IMG/VR virus record: IMGVR_UViG_3300025601_000007
Reading direction: 5' to 3' (one strand)
Source of the DNA: a virus
Taxonomy: Duplodnaviria > Caudoviricetes
Length of the DNA stretch: 64,000 bases
In this document: one piece after another, positions 26,360 through 36,173 of the stretch
Numbering within the stretch: position 1 is the first letter of the stretch
How the letters are laid out: each line of letters starts with the position of its first letter
Notes under the pieces: model-generated
Database searches by the model: none
What the model saw: only the letters and a program-made list of their open reading frames with translations
What the model was told of the DNA's origin: nothing
Translations under genes and position numbers: made by a program

Positions 26360-29152
26360 ATGTCAATTCTGGACAATATTGGAGACAACTTAGATAGTCA
26401 GCACGAGAACCATAACTTCCTGCCTCAGAAAATTGAGTTAGAGGATATTGACCTTGGTGTAAAAAACTTTTTTGAAGGTCTCAACATCACGATGATGGAC
26501 CAGAGTGGTCGTCAACGTCGCGTCCCTATTATTTGGCTTAATCAAGAGTTGTTTGCTCAGCGAAAGAATTACTGGGAAAGCTTGACTAATGAAAACGGAG
26601 AAGAAATTCAAAGACCGTTTATAGCAGTATCTAGAAAAGGAATTAAGCAGGGTACATCACCCAACAGAAGAACTATTCCATGGATGAAAAAATTTGGGTT
26701 CACAAGACCTAGGACTTTTGATGGAACCTTAATGGGGTACGACAAGTATATGGTTAGACAAGCTACTTGGGTAGATTGTGACTATGAAATTCGACTTGTC
26801 ACCTCTTACATGGTAGACGTAAACGTTTTCTATCAAGAAATTCTCAGAGATGGCTTCTCAGATGGGCAAGGATATATGAATATTAATGGTCATCAGATTC
26901 GTTCAATCCTAGGAGAACCATCAGAAGACAATCAGGTATCAAGCATTGATGATGAAAGAGTATTTCAGATTTCTGCTCCACTTGTGGTGCATGGAAAACT
27001 TTTTGACCCATCTGACCACGAAAAAAAGACCACAATCAATAAGGTTGTCGTTAAAATGTGTGAGGACGGCTCTGAGAATCAGGGGGTAGCAAAAACTTTT
27101 GGCGGTCAAAGCTCAGCTAGACCATTTAGAAATAGCTGCGACCCAGTTAATGTGTACAGTTACAATAATTTCTTATTATCTTCCGTCGCAGCTGGTCAGA
27201 GCTACATAATCTCAGCATCGACTGTATTAAATGTGTCTGGGACTACTCTTGCAACGCTGGCTCCAGGGGAAATTTATGTTGTGCCTGCAGGCGCTAATGC
27301 GACTGTATTAGATTCTACAGGTGGTACACTAGCTTTAATTTCTGGCGGGCTAAGCGGAACAATTACAGATTCAACAATATTTAATTCCACTGGTGGAACA
27401 GTTGGGACAGTAACGGCACAAGGCGCGTTCCTTGCTCCTGATTCTACTGTTTTCGATTACTCAGGAGGAACTCTTGCGAGCTTGGCGCCGAGTGGAAGAT
27501 TTACAGTGGAAGCTGTTAATATTTTATGGTCATCAGGCGGAACAGTAGCAACACTAGGGCCTTCGAGTTCATACCCGTTAGAGGCTGTTACAGTTCTTAA
27601 TCACACTGGTGGAACAGTTTTTAATGACGCCGAACAGGGTCAGACTAGAAGTTTGTCTGCGGGTGTAGTATTTAATTTTTCAGGAGGAACTCTTGCGAAC
27701 TTGGCTCCAAACGGAGTGTTTACCGTAGCAGCTGCTACAGGTGTTGTATCAAACTCTGCTGGAGTTTTAAAACTCGATACTACGCTTGGTCCTGGTGATA
27801 GCTTTGCATATGTTGTCTCAGATTTAAAAATTTCAAATAACAGACCTAAACAGATATTCTCAATTTCTGGTGGAGGTTCCAGCTTTTTCTTAGATGATAT
27901 ATCATGGATTAATAGCGATGGAGCGTCTTTGTCATTTTTGCCCATCTATTATGATTTAGAAATGACTGCCCCTAATATTGACATAATCGACTCTTCAGGG
28001 ATGTCTGCTAATACGGTTTTGTCTGGAACTGTTTATACAAATTTTTCAGGAATAGTTACAGTAGAAAACTCAAATAGCAGCTTTGTAACTGGGTATACTA
28101 GTTTTGGGACTTATCCATTATCAGACATAAGCATTTTAAATTCTTCTGGTGGAACAGTAGATACGTGGCCAGCAGTTTCTGCTTATACGATTGGAGATGT
28201 AGTTTATAGGAACTCTACTGGTGGAACTTTAGCTTTCATGCCAAGCATTTACCCTTTAAACGGACAAATACAAATCCCTCAATTTTCCATTATAAATTCT
28301 GATGGCCAATCAGGGACAACTTTTGCCTATAATAACCAAGTTCATACTAATTTTTCAGGAGGCGGGAGTGGGACTCAAATAATTTATCAAAGACCCTCTC
28401 CTTTTATAGATGGGACCGTTTATCGAACAGGCGATACGGAGTGGCATGCTAAAAATGGTTCGTATGATTTCAATGCAGTTACCGCTAGCACAGTTGTTGC
28501 TGCTGCTCTAAGTTACACTGCTACCGAGAGTGACGTTAGAGAAACTTATCATGGAACTATAGGAGATGGCACTGACCTTATTGCTCCGACTTATTTGTCA
28601 AACAATAATTTTTTTGGCAACAAGTTTAGATTCACAGATAGTCTTGGAAACAAAAGTGATTCAAGCGCCTCTAGCTTGTGGGCGCATGTTGATTTTAATG
28701 GTCATAATTACACGGGAGCAATAAATAACTATGTTATTGACCATTTTACAGGTGTAGGCATGTATTTAAATTACATAACTAGCGGAAGCGCTTTTAACAT
28801 GAATACAACAACATCAGACGGGGCCAGTTGGGAAAGTTGGATTGATTATTTAAAAGTCTTTTCTTATTCAGGATTTTCAAACTGGAGACCTTACAGCGTT
28901 AATGAGATGACCATAGGTCCTATGGGCGCTTTTCTAACGGCGGGTTTATATGATTGGGCTGGAGAATTCTTTAATGGGGAAAGAAGCGATAACAGAATGT
29001 ATTGCCTTTTAGGTGAAAGCGAAAATGCGACAGAAGCTATGTTTGGGTTTGACAGTTCGGCTCCTGAATTAACTATAGACCAAACAAAAGCGGGTGGCTC
29101 TGGGTTTGGTCACAGAATTACTAATATTTTCGGTATAAGAACTCATTATTAA
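26360..29152 (+). CDS. tail terminator/sheath stabiliser (gp15-like) fused to a long Ser/Gly/Thr-rich repeat region
   Basis: The N-terminal ~230 aa (LEDIDLGV..F, RVPII, RPFIAVSR) resemble gp15-like proteins. About 700 aa follow with repeated (S/T)GGT(L/V)A. Confidence 0.6.
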   Translation: MSILDNIGDNLDSQHENHNFLPQKIELEDIDLGVKNFFEGLNITMMDQSGRQRRVPIIWLNQELFAQRKNYWESLTNENGEEIQRPFIAVSRKGIKQGTSPNRRTIPWMKKFGFTRPRTFDGTLMGYDKYMVRQATWVDCDYEIRLVTSYMVDVNVFYQEILRDGFSDGQGYMNINGHQIRSILGEPSEDNQVSSIDDERVFQISAPLVVHGKLFDPSDHEKKTTINKVVVKMCEDGSENQGVAKTFGGQSSARPFRNSCDPVNVYSYNNFLLSSVAAGQSYIISASTVLNVSGTTLATLAPGEIYVVPAGANATVLDSTGGTLALISGGLSGTITDSTIFNSTGGTVGTVTAQGAFLAPDSTVFDYSGGTLASLAPSGRFTVEAVNILWSSGGTVATLGPSSSYPLEAVTVLNHTGGTVFNDAEQGQTRSLSAGVVFNFSGGTLANLAPNGVFTVAAATGVVSNSAGVLKLDTTLGPGDSFAYVVSDLKISNNRPKQIFSISGGGSSFFLDDISWINSDGASLSFLPIYYDLEMTAPNIDIIDSSGMSANTVLSGTVYTNFSGIVTVENSNSSFVTGYTSFGTYPLSDISILNSSGGTVDTWPAVSAYTIGDVVYRNSTGGTLAFMPSIYPLNGQIQIPQFSIINSDGQSGTTFAYNNQVHTNFSGGGSGTQIIYQRPSPFIDGTVYRTGDTEWHAKNGSYDFNAVTASTVVAAALSYTATESDVRETYHGTIGDGTDLIAPTYLSNNNFFGNKFRFTDSLGNKSDSSASSLWAHVDFNGHNYTGAINNYVIDHFTGVGMYLNYITSGSAFNMNTTTSDGASWESWIDYLKVFSYSGFSNWRPYSVNEMTIGPMGAFLTAGLYDWAGEFFNGERSDNRMYCLLGESENATEAMFGFDSSAPELTIDQTKAGGSGFGHRITNIFGIRTHY

Positions 29153-29202
29153 TATAAAGTCTTGGTGCTTTTCTGTCCTATTTATAGGAAACTTAATTAG
29201 AA

Positions 29203-29493
29203 ATGAAAATCACCAACAACAGGTCTACAGCTGCTATTTTTATGTACAAATGGAGCAATACGACTCAAAAAGAAAAATTTGCTGCATATGAAAAGCGAAC
29301 ACTTCCTAATTTAACGCATGCGGACCAGGTTTTATCTCGCCAATACATTGTGAATAGGACCACTTCTGGTACTGGTACAGCAGAATCTAATTTTATAGAG
29401 GTTACTACTCCAGGGCTAGCTAACAATCACGTGGTTAATTCATTAAAAGAAGTCGGAAGACAAACTAATGGGACTTGGGAGATTGAAGCTTAA
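29203..29493 (+). CDS. hypothetical protein, 96 aa
   Basis: ATG ORF after a TATTTAT motif. Confidence 0.65.
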   Translation: MKITNNRSTAAIFMYKWSNTTQKEKFAAYEKRTLPNLTHADQVLSRQYIVNRTTSGTGTAESNFIEVTTPGLANNHVVNSLKEVGRQTNGTWEIEA

Positions 29494-29787
29494 AAACGAA
29501 CAACAAGTTAAAATGTGTGGTTTTTAATACCATGCAGATGGTTGCTGAAAGTTACAATTCTTACCCCTTTAGGAGCTCACAACTAAATTCTCTGACTATT
29601 TATACAACACAGGGCAATACAATCACTAAAGTAAGAGTGAAAGTAGCTCAATAGCATAAAGAGTTTACACTTATAACTATAATGGCACTAATAAAATATC
29701 AGCGTGAAGTATGCGCTTTTGTTTTCGTAACAAACGCTGGAAGATAAGGAAAACGACAAAAAAATACAACACGACAAACTATAAAAA

Positions 29788-32184
29788 ATGGCAACAATTT
29801 TCGTATCACCTGGAGTTTACACAAGAGAACAAGACTTTACAGCATTTGCTTCTAGAATTGGTCTGACCAGACTTGGAATTGTTGGCAAGACTCCAAAGGG
29901 TCCCGCAGGCGAAGCGATTCGTGTTAATGGCGGAGATGAATTCCTTTTGAGATATGGTGCAACGGATTTTAAATATCCTTCCACCTATGTTGCCAATGCA
30001 TTCTTAAGCCAGTCCAATGACCTTACCGTGACAAGAGTTCTCGGTGAAGGTGGGTTCACAAATGGTCCAGCTTGGATTATTACAGCTGATTTCAGTAATG
30101 GCACTTCTGGGAGTAAATCAGGAACAACGCTAGCGGTTTTGCGTTCAAAGAAGTCAAACGCTGGCGTAGCATTTTATGACACGCAAACAGACATTATAAT
30201 AGGTAACACTACCTCTGGTTCAACGTCGGCTTCATTTACTCTTTCTGCGACAACTGGGCCACTTACAGCTCTAACAAACTCAAGTATTACTGTATCTTTA
30301 GATGAGACTAAAAATGACTACATCGCTAAACTTCTTGGAAAATCTCCTGAGGTTGCAGTTGGTGCTTATGATTTTTATGTTGAATCTATCTATCCTCACT
30401 TTATTAGAGAGGCAAAGGCTAGAGCAGAAATATATGGAATCCACCCAGAGCTTATTTATAACTCAACTTCTGCGTGGACAGATTACGCAAGCGACTACAC
30501 TCACGCTGTAACTCCTTGGATTGTATCTGAGGTAATTGGTGGAGATGTTCATAATTTATTTAAGGTTCACACTATCTCAGATGGTAACTCGTCAAACAGA
30601 GAAGTTAAAGTTTCAGTTGCTAACCTCGACACAACAAATAGTTTGTTTGACCTAATTATTAGGAAATACGAAGACAGTGATGCTAATAGCTTTAGTGTGT
30701 TGGAACGGTTCTCAAGGCTATCTATGAATCCTGCTTCAAGTAGGTATTGTGGGAAAATAGTTGGAACGCAGGACGGAAATTACCCATCTAGGTCTATGTT
30801 TATCAAATTAGAACTTGCAGAGAGCTATCCAGGCGATGCTCTTCCAGCAGGGTTTAAGGGGTACTCGTTGAGAAGTATGGCTTCTGGCTCAACTACAGTT
30901 GCACCAAATATATACTTCAAAACCAGTTATCTTTCTGATGACACAGTTTCTAAAACATATATGGGTGTATCTGAATTAGGATACACATCTATTACAGCTT
31001 CTCAGGTTTCTGTAAAAAATGCTGCTCAAAACGTTGAACATGATATTTTTCAATACCCAGGAGGAACAGCAACAAGCAAAACTACTACTCTTGGATTCCA
31101 CATGGAGAGCACAGCTCCTGCTGCGCTTTATTCTTCTGGAGACAAAGCAGCGCTTTCAGCATACACAAAGACAAACTCAACAGTTGTTGACAGAGCTAAA
31201 TTGAAATTTACAGTTCTTCCTTATGGTGGTTTTGATGGATTTAACAAGTACTTAACTTTTGATTCAAGTTCATTGTACTCTGAATTCACAGATGCTTATA
31301 CAAGCAATGTGTCCGCATTTAAAACAGCAATTGACACGATGGAGTCGTCAGAAGCTGTTGATATCAACTTGATTACCACACCAGGAATTGATTATTCTAA
31401 TAACGAAACACTTGTTAAGTATGCGCTTAACCTTGTTGAAGATAGAGTTGATTTGCTCTACGTTATTGACGCACCAAGACTTACTGTAGACACAGTGAAA
31501 GGAGACCCTGAAACCGCTGTTTCTAACTTAGAATCAACTGGAATTGATAGCTCATATGCAGCTACATACTGGCCTTGGATTCAAGTTGAAGACATCAACA
31601 CTGGACGTTACGTATACATGTCTCCGACATACGCTGTAGTACGTGCAATGGCCTTTACTGATAACAAATATCAATCATGGTTTGCACCAGCAGGTCAGAT
31701 TAGGGGTGTTATGCCAGGAAACGTTATCAGAGCAGACGTTAAGCTTACAAAGTCTCAGCGTGATACTCTATATGCAGGTAGAATCAACCCAATCGCGACA
31801 TTTACTCAGAGTGGAGTTCAAATTCAAGGCCAGAAAACATTGCAAGTTAGAGAGTCTGCACTTGACAGAATCAATGTAAGAAGGCTGATGTTGAGAGTTC
31901 AGAGGCTTGTAGCAGCTGCATCACTTACACTGTTGTTTGAACAAAACGACCAGACAGTAAGAGACCAGTTCTTAGCGAAAGTTGAGCCGATTTTGCTTCA
32001 AATACAAAATCAAAGAGGTATCTCAGCTTTTAAAGTCACAATGGATGATTCTAACAATACGTCAGACACAGTCGATAGAAACATGTTAATTGGTAAGATT
32101 CAAATCAAGCCAACAAGAGCGGTAGAGTTCATAGACTTAATATTCCAAGTCCTTCCGACTGGGGCCCGATTTGAGGATTTTTGA
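29788..32184 (+). CDS. contractile tail sheath protein (gp18-like)
   Basis: FVSPGVYTREQD, GIVGKTPKGP, SYAATYWPW, WFAPAGQIRG, RDTLYAGRINPI, GQKTL, RINVRRL, IKPTRAVEFI. Confidence 0.95.
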   Translation: MATIFVSPGVYTREQDFTAFASRIGLTRLGIVGKTPKGPAGEAIRVNGGDEFLLRYGATDFKYPSTYVANAFLSQSNDLTVTRVLGEGGFTNGPAWIITADFSNGTSGSKSGTTLAVLRSKKSNAGVAFYDTQTDIIIGNTTSGSTSASFTLSATTGPLTALTNSSITVSLDETKNDYIAKLLGKSPEVAVGAYDFYVESIYPHFIREAKARAEIYGIHPELIYNSTSAWTDYASDYTHAVTPWIVSEVIGGDVHNLFKVHTISDGNSSNREVKVSVANLDTTNSLFDLIIRKYEDSDANSFSVLERFSRLSMNPASSRYCGKIVGTQDGNYPSRSMFIKLELAESYPGDALPAGFKGYSLRSMASGSTTVAPNIYFKTSYLSDDTVSKTYMGVSELGYTSITASQVSVKNAAQNVEHDIFQYPGGTATSKTTTLGFHMESTAPAALYSSGDKAALSAYTKTNSTVVDRAKLKFTVLPYGGFDGFNKYLTFDSSSLYSEFTDAYTSNVSAFKTAIDTMESSEAVDINLITTPGIDYSNNETLVKYALNLVEDRVDLLYVIDAPRLTVDTVKGDPETAVSNLESTGIDSSYAATYWPWIQVEDINTGRYVYMSPTYAVVRAMAFTDNKYQSWFAPAGQIRGVMPGNVIRADVKLTKSQRDTLYAGRINPIATFTQSGVQIQGQKTLQVRESALDRINVRRLMLRVQRLVAAASLTLLFEQNDQTVRDQFLAKVEPILLQIQNQRGISAFKVTMDDSNNTSDTVDRNMLIGKIQIKPTRAVEFIDLIFQVLPTGARFEDF

Positions 32185-32227
32185 TAACTAACTTGTAATA
32201 ATCCACTTAAGATTACATAATATACAG

Positions 32228-32257
32228 GGGCTTGCCATCACGGTGAGCCCTTTTTTT
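32228..32257 (+). terminator. intrinsic terminator after sheath
   Basis: GGGCTTGCC-atcac-GGTGAGCCC-T7. Confidence 0.75.
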
Positions 32258-32274
32258 GTGCGTGCAGCTTTTCC

Positions 32275-32823
32275 CTAATCTGTGTTGAGATTTTTTTCCG
32301 CTATATTTGCATATATCTTTTCGAACTGAGCCAGTCTACTCATTGGGGTAAAAAGAGTTTTGTACCAACGAAGTGAAAACTGGTATGGTGAGTCTTTCAA
32401 AATCCTCTCAAATTTTTCCTGAGTAACTTTGGTCGGCAAGATATCTTGTATCTCCTCCGAAGTCAGCGTGGTGTTGACTTCAATCTCTCTATAGGTGATG
32501 TCTTCAGTCAGATTGTCCACAAACACAAATGTTTTCATAAAAGGAGCTAGGTGGAGAAAATTAAGAATGTGATGGACTTCATCTGCAAGCCTATCTTTGG
32601 GGTACGACTTTGCTTCTCCAAAAGGTATTTTGAAACTATCTTCCATTCTTTTTTTCGCGAGCTCTAATGCTTCGCCTTTATATCCATGCTCAGACAGTAT
32701 GGAGGCGATTGTGGATATTGTAACATCTTTCGGTATCCTCTTGCGATTTGACGCAAGAGAGTCGAATACGCCAGGTACAATGGAGGCGATTGATTTAACG
32801 GTTTCTCTAGATATTGGATACAT
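32275..32823 (-). CDS. hypothetical protein, 182 aa
   Basis: ATG ORF directly preceded by CGTATATT. Confidence 0.7.
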   Translation of the reverse strand: MYPISRETVKSIASIVPGVFDSLASNRKRIPKDVTISTIASILSEHGYKGEALELAKKRMEDSFKIPFGEAKSYPKDRLADEVHHILNFLHLAPFMKTFVFVDNLTEDITYREIEVNTTLTSEEIQDILPTKVTQEKFERILKDSPYQFSLRWYKTLFTPMSRLAQFEKIYANIAEKNLNTD

Positions 32824-32895
32824 GCTTTAATATACGGGGAAAACAAATAAGAGTTACATGAAACCAAACTCTCAATCTTGCGTATATATGGTAAC

Positions 32896-33477
32896 ATGAA
32901 AATTATTAGCAAGTATAAAGACTATTATGATTATCTTGTAGACCATTACGGGATAGATGAAAAAGTCACAATCGACCGAACCAAAGGCTTTGTGCCTTTT
33001 GTTTCAAACCCAACGCGAGAAGGCGAATTCAGCGTGGCTCAAGTAGCTGTGTGCGGAATGCTTCACTCAGGGCTTATTGACCATAAAGGTGTAATTCACT
33101 GGGGAGACAGTGCTATTCCTTTCGGAAAAATGCGTTCAAAAAGTTGGCTGGATGATGGGTTGAAAATGCTTTATTTTGATGCTGGTTTAAAACGGAAAGA
33201 CCGAATTGACCCCAAACCAGCTCCAACTGACCTTAACGCGAGAGAAAATTGTGCTGTTGTTTGGGTTACGGGCTATAGTAGTCAAGATACTAAGAATTGG
33301 CCAAAACTTGAGGTTGTGAATTTCGCTGGTTATATTCCTGCAGAAGAGATGTTTCAAGAAATTTATAGTTGGATGAGTGCTCGCAACGAACCCGACACCA
33401 CCGACACACGAGATGATGCCACAAAATTATTGAACGCAGGGTTCGATAAAAAGAAATCTTTTAGACACAGAAAATGA
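32896..33477 (+). CDS. hypothetical phage protein (start ATG 32896)
   Basis: MKIISKYKDYYDYL...GFDKKKSFRHRK. Confidence 0.75.
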   Translation: MKIISKYKDYYDYLVDHYGIDEKVTIDRTKGFVPFVSNPTREGEFSVAQVAVCGMLHSGLIDHKGVIHWGDSAIPFGKMRSKSWLDDGLKMLYFDAGLKRKDRIDPKPAPTDLNARENCAVVWVTGYSSQDTKNWPKLEVVNFAGYIPAEEMFQEIYSWMSARNEPDTTDTRDDATKLLNAGFDKKKSFRHRK

Positions 33478-34367
33478 GAAAAGCATATAGTGAAGTCACA
33501 GTGATTGGCGAAGATAGTAAAATACAAGGCTTATGCCTTGGATATGACCATTGCTCCGAACATGAATGGGGAATAAAGGGCATTCGAAGAAAACTAGAGC
33601 AAAACGACAGGGTTTATAATAAAACCCTGGGTATTGTCACTAAAAGTGTTTTAGGGGCAGAAACCAGGATGGTTCACAACTACGAAAACATTGTGTTGGG
33701 TAAGTTTGATTATTGGCATCGAAAAGGGACTCAAATAAGTCACGAGAAAAAAAATGGATACAAAAAGAAAATTGCTTTTTTTCTCGAAACAAAAGGCATA
33801 TCGATTTATGCTGATGACCAAGAAAGTGCTTTAAGGGAAGGGCGATGTAATATGCTTTCTTATTATGAACTAGAAAGAGAAGAGCCACCAGAAGGGTTTC
33901 TTTGGTCTGAGTGGGATGAAAACAATCTCAGAGCAGTGTTTACCAATGAAGATATTTTTGACGCCCTAAAGGATGTGATTAAATCAAAAAATTTACTTGT
34001 AGGATTAGGAGGTAGTTTAAACCCATTTGCAGGAGCGGGATTATATATCTTGGATTTTAGAGCTTATTCAGAAGATGATGTTAAGGAAATGGCTCAAGCA
34101 GACCTGAACCACATCAACATGTTAGAATATGCGCGACTCACAATGATTGAAAAGCGTTTGAAGAAAGCTGGTAAGAGTTGGTTTGCTTTATCTCCAAAAA
34201 AACTGAATAAGGAGGATATGGAAAAACATAAAACCAAATTCAGCGTCATTTTTTGGCTGAATCCAACTGAACAAAGAATTGTTAATTATGGCTGGTTTAC
34301 TGTTGAGGAGTTGAGGATGTGGATAAAAGGAAAAGGGCCTATAGTCAAGCAGGATGAAGTGGCATAG
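33474..34367 (+). CDS. hypothetical protein, 297 aa
   Basis: Long ORF, ATGA-coupled to the previous gene. Confidence 0.75.
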   Translation: MRKAYSEVTVIGEDSKIQGLCLGYDHCSEHEWGIKGIRRKLEQNDRVYNKTLGIVTKSVLGAETRMVHNYENIVLGKFDYWHRKGTQISHEKKNGYKKKIAFFLETKGISIYADDQESALREGRCNMLSYYELEREEPPEGFLWSEWDENNLRAVFTNEDIFDALKDVIKSKNLLVGLGGSLNPFAGAGLYILDFRAYSEDDVKEMAQADLNHINMLEYARLTMIEKRLKKAGKSWFALSPKKLNKEDMEKHKTKFSVIFWLNPTEQRIVNYGWFTVEELRMWIKGKGPIVKQDEVA

Positions 34368-34683
34368 AAAAATAGATTTAGAAACCCTAAGGAATTCAGT
34401 TTTTGTCGTGTCTATAAATATTTTGGCATATAATACATTGCTTGATAAAGGTGGAGATAATGTAGAAAATCTTATACTAAATTCTCAAAAAACTCTTTCG
34501 GAAGGGCTAGGAATTGACAGCAATGAATATCTTCCAAGTATTCGTCTCAGCTTTTTTGAAGAGGACCGAAAAAAAACTCAAATAAGTTTTGGGTTTTATA
34601 AAAAAGTTGACGGGCTTAGGAGTGTGGCGACTCATTTTATATTCAACTCAGATTATATTAAGACGTATCTTAATTTGGAATGA
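34354..34683 (+). CDS. hypothetical protein, 109 aa
   Basis: ATG ORF overlapping the previous stop. Confidence 0.55.
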   Translation: MKWHRKIDLETLRNSVFVVSINILAYNTLLDKGGDNVENLILNSQKTLSEGLGIDSNEYLPSIRLSFFEEDRKKTQISFGFYKKVDGLRSVATHFIFNSDYIKTYLNLE

Positions 34684-35029
34684 TGTCTGGCGGTATTTCG
34701 ATGTTGATGTATCCTTGCTGAGGAATGGATAATCTATTTCCACCGTTGTAATAAAGCTGAAATTCTCCTCTGTATTTACCAGCTTCGTTTGTATCCACAG
34801 CCGCCCAATTGTATTGGATTGTTCCGCCTGATATAGATTGTAGCGAGCCAGCGGCTCCAGCTACTTTGTAATTCCCATGTCTATCCACCATTGAAAATGT
34901 AACAGCGGTAGCCCCAGTCATGTTGAATGGTATCCTAGTCGTGAGATTGGAGTAATCAAACACACAAATTCGCAACACTGGCAGAGTATCGTTTTGCTTG
35001 ATGATGAAATCTCTTTGACTTAAAGGCAT
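34670..35029 (-). CDS. BppU N-terminal-like virion protein
   Basis: IIKQNDTLP...GTIQYNWAAVDTNEAGKYRGEFQL pattern. Confidence 0.6.
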   Translation of the reverse strand: MPLSQRDFIIKQNDTLPVLRICVFDYSNLTTRIPFNMTGATAVTFSMVDRHGNYKVAGAAGSLQSISGGTIQYNWAAVDTNEAGKYRGEFQLYYNGGNRLSIPQQGYINIEIPPDIIPN

Positions 35030-35430
35030 TATGACGTTGTGAATTGGTTACTAACTACTGTAAAATCTAGTGGTTTGTTGTTAAGCATTTCTACTTCTAT
35101 TTCTCGTCCCACTGTCGGAGACATCTTAAACTTGAATCGGGTATACTGTAACTTTACTGGGGAATCAGCAGTGTACTTAACTCTCCAATAAATCTCGTAA
35201 TTATCATCTGTGTTATAGAGAATCTCGTCGAGGTCTGCGAAATAGAATCCTACTTCTTGATTTGTTATTGTTGCTCCTGATTCCACAAGGGAATCACCAG
35301 TCGATGCGTTGTATACATCAGCAGTAAGAGATGCTGGGTTTATAACTGTATATGACTCGATGTTTGTACCCCCACTGTTTGAAAACGTGAGTACTCTGAA
35401 TCGTCGGTATATCTTTATAACTCCAGCCAT
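35029..35430 (-). CDS. hypothetical beta-rich virion protein
   Basis: ORF downstream of the tail tube gene; GFYFADL...YEIYWRV. Confidence 0.6.
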   Translation of the reverse strand: MAGVIKIYRRFRVLTFSNSGGTNIESYTVINPASLTADVYNASTGDSLVESGATITNQEVGFYFADLDEILYNTDDNYEIYWRVKYTADSPVKLQYTRFKFKMSPTVGREIEVEMLNNKPLDFTVVSNQFTTS

Positions 35431-35442
35431 AATATATCACAC

Positions 35443-35467
35443 AAAAAACCCTACTGTGAGGGTTTTT
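35443..35467. terminator. intrinsic terminator after the tail tube gene
   Basis: AAAAACCCT-actgtg-AGGGTTTTT inverted repeat. Confidence 0.65.
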
Positions 35468-35488
35468 GTGTGTTTTGTTGTGAATTTC

Positions 35489-35977
35489 TTAATTACTGAG
35501 AATACACCTGTCTGGTTGGAGGGTCAGGGTAGGCATAATCAAATCATCAGAACTATAATCGTAATCTCCAAAGCTTGCGTCTACTATTTGGCATCCGATA
35601 AGGGTCCATTTTTGAATTTCAACTCCAGGTCCGTCTACCCCTTTCAGTACAAGGTTCTTTTTGTATCCAACTGCGTATCCGCCACGTCCCGTAGCTGATT
35701 CAAAGTGAAGTCGTACCCACTCCATCAATTTTTGAGTCGTAGAGGGACCAATCACGTCAATGAATGAAACCTCCATTGTTTGCCATACGGCTCTACCAGC
35801 GACGAATGTCGAAGTATTCATGTATGGTATCTCAACTGATTTGATGTTCAGTGAAGGCGCTTTCGTAGTTTGAACCATATACGAATCGATAGCAAGCTCC
35901 GTTGGGAACTCTAGCACAAATCGATTTTTTAATTTTGGTTCCTGCTCGATAGGAACAGGTCGAAACATATCTGCCAT
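35489..35977 (-). CDS. tail tube protein (gp19-like)
   Basis: EPKLKNRF, EIPYMN...AGRAVWQ, GYAVGYKK, KWTLIGC..DASFGDYDYS. Confidence 0.88.
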   Translation of the reverse strand: MADMFRPVPIEQEPKLKNRFVLEFPTELAIDSYMVQTTKAPSLNIKSVEIPYMNTSTFVAGRAVWQTMEVSFIDVIGPSTTQKLMEWVRLHFESATGRGGYAVGYKKNLVLKGVDGPGVEIQKWTLIGCQIVDASFGDYDYSSDDLIMPTLTLQPDRCILSN

Positions 35978-36173
35978 TATTGTAGCTTTTATTGTTATTT
36001 CCTATAAATAGCTGGCAGAAAAAAGTTTTGTAGCGGCTTGAGATATTAGTTTACCTATTTATTAAAAAGAGTACTTAAGAGTGTGTTTATAATACATTTT
36101 TAGATTAATCTAAATAGGTATTTACCATTATCATTTTTAAGCTTATATAAGCAAGGTTTTAATAGTTACACAA

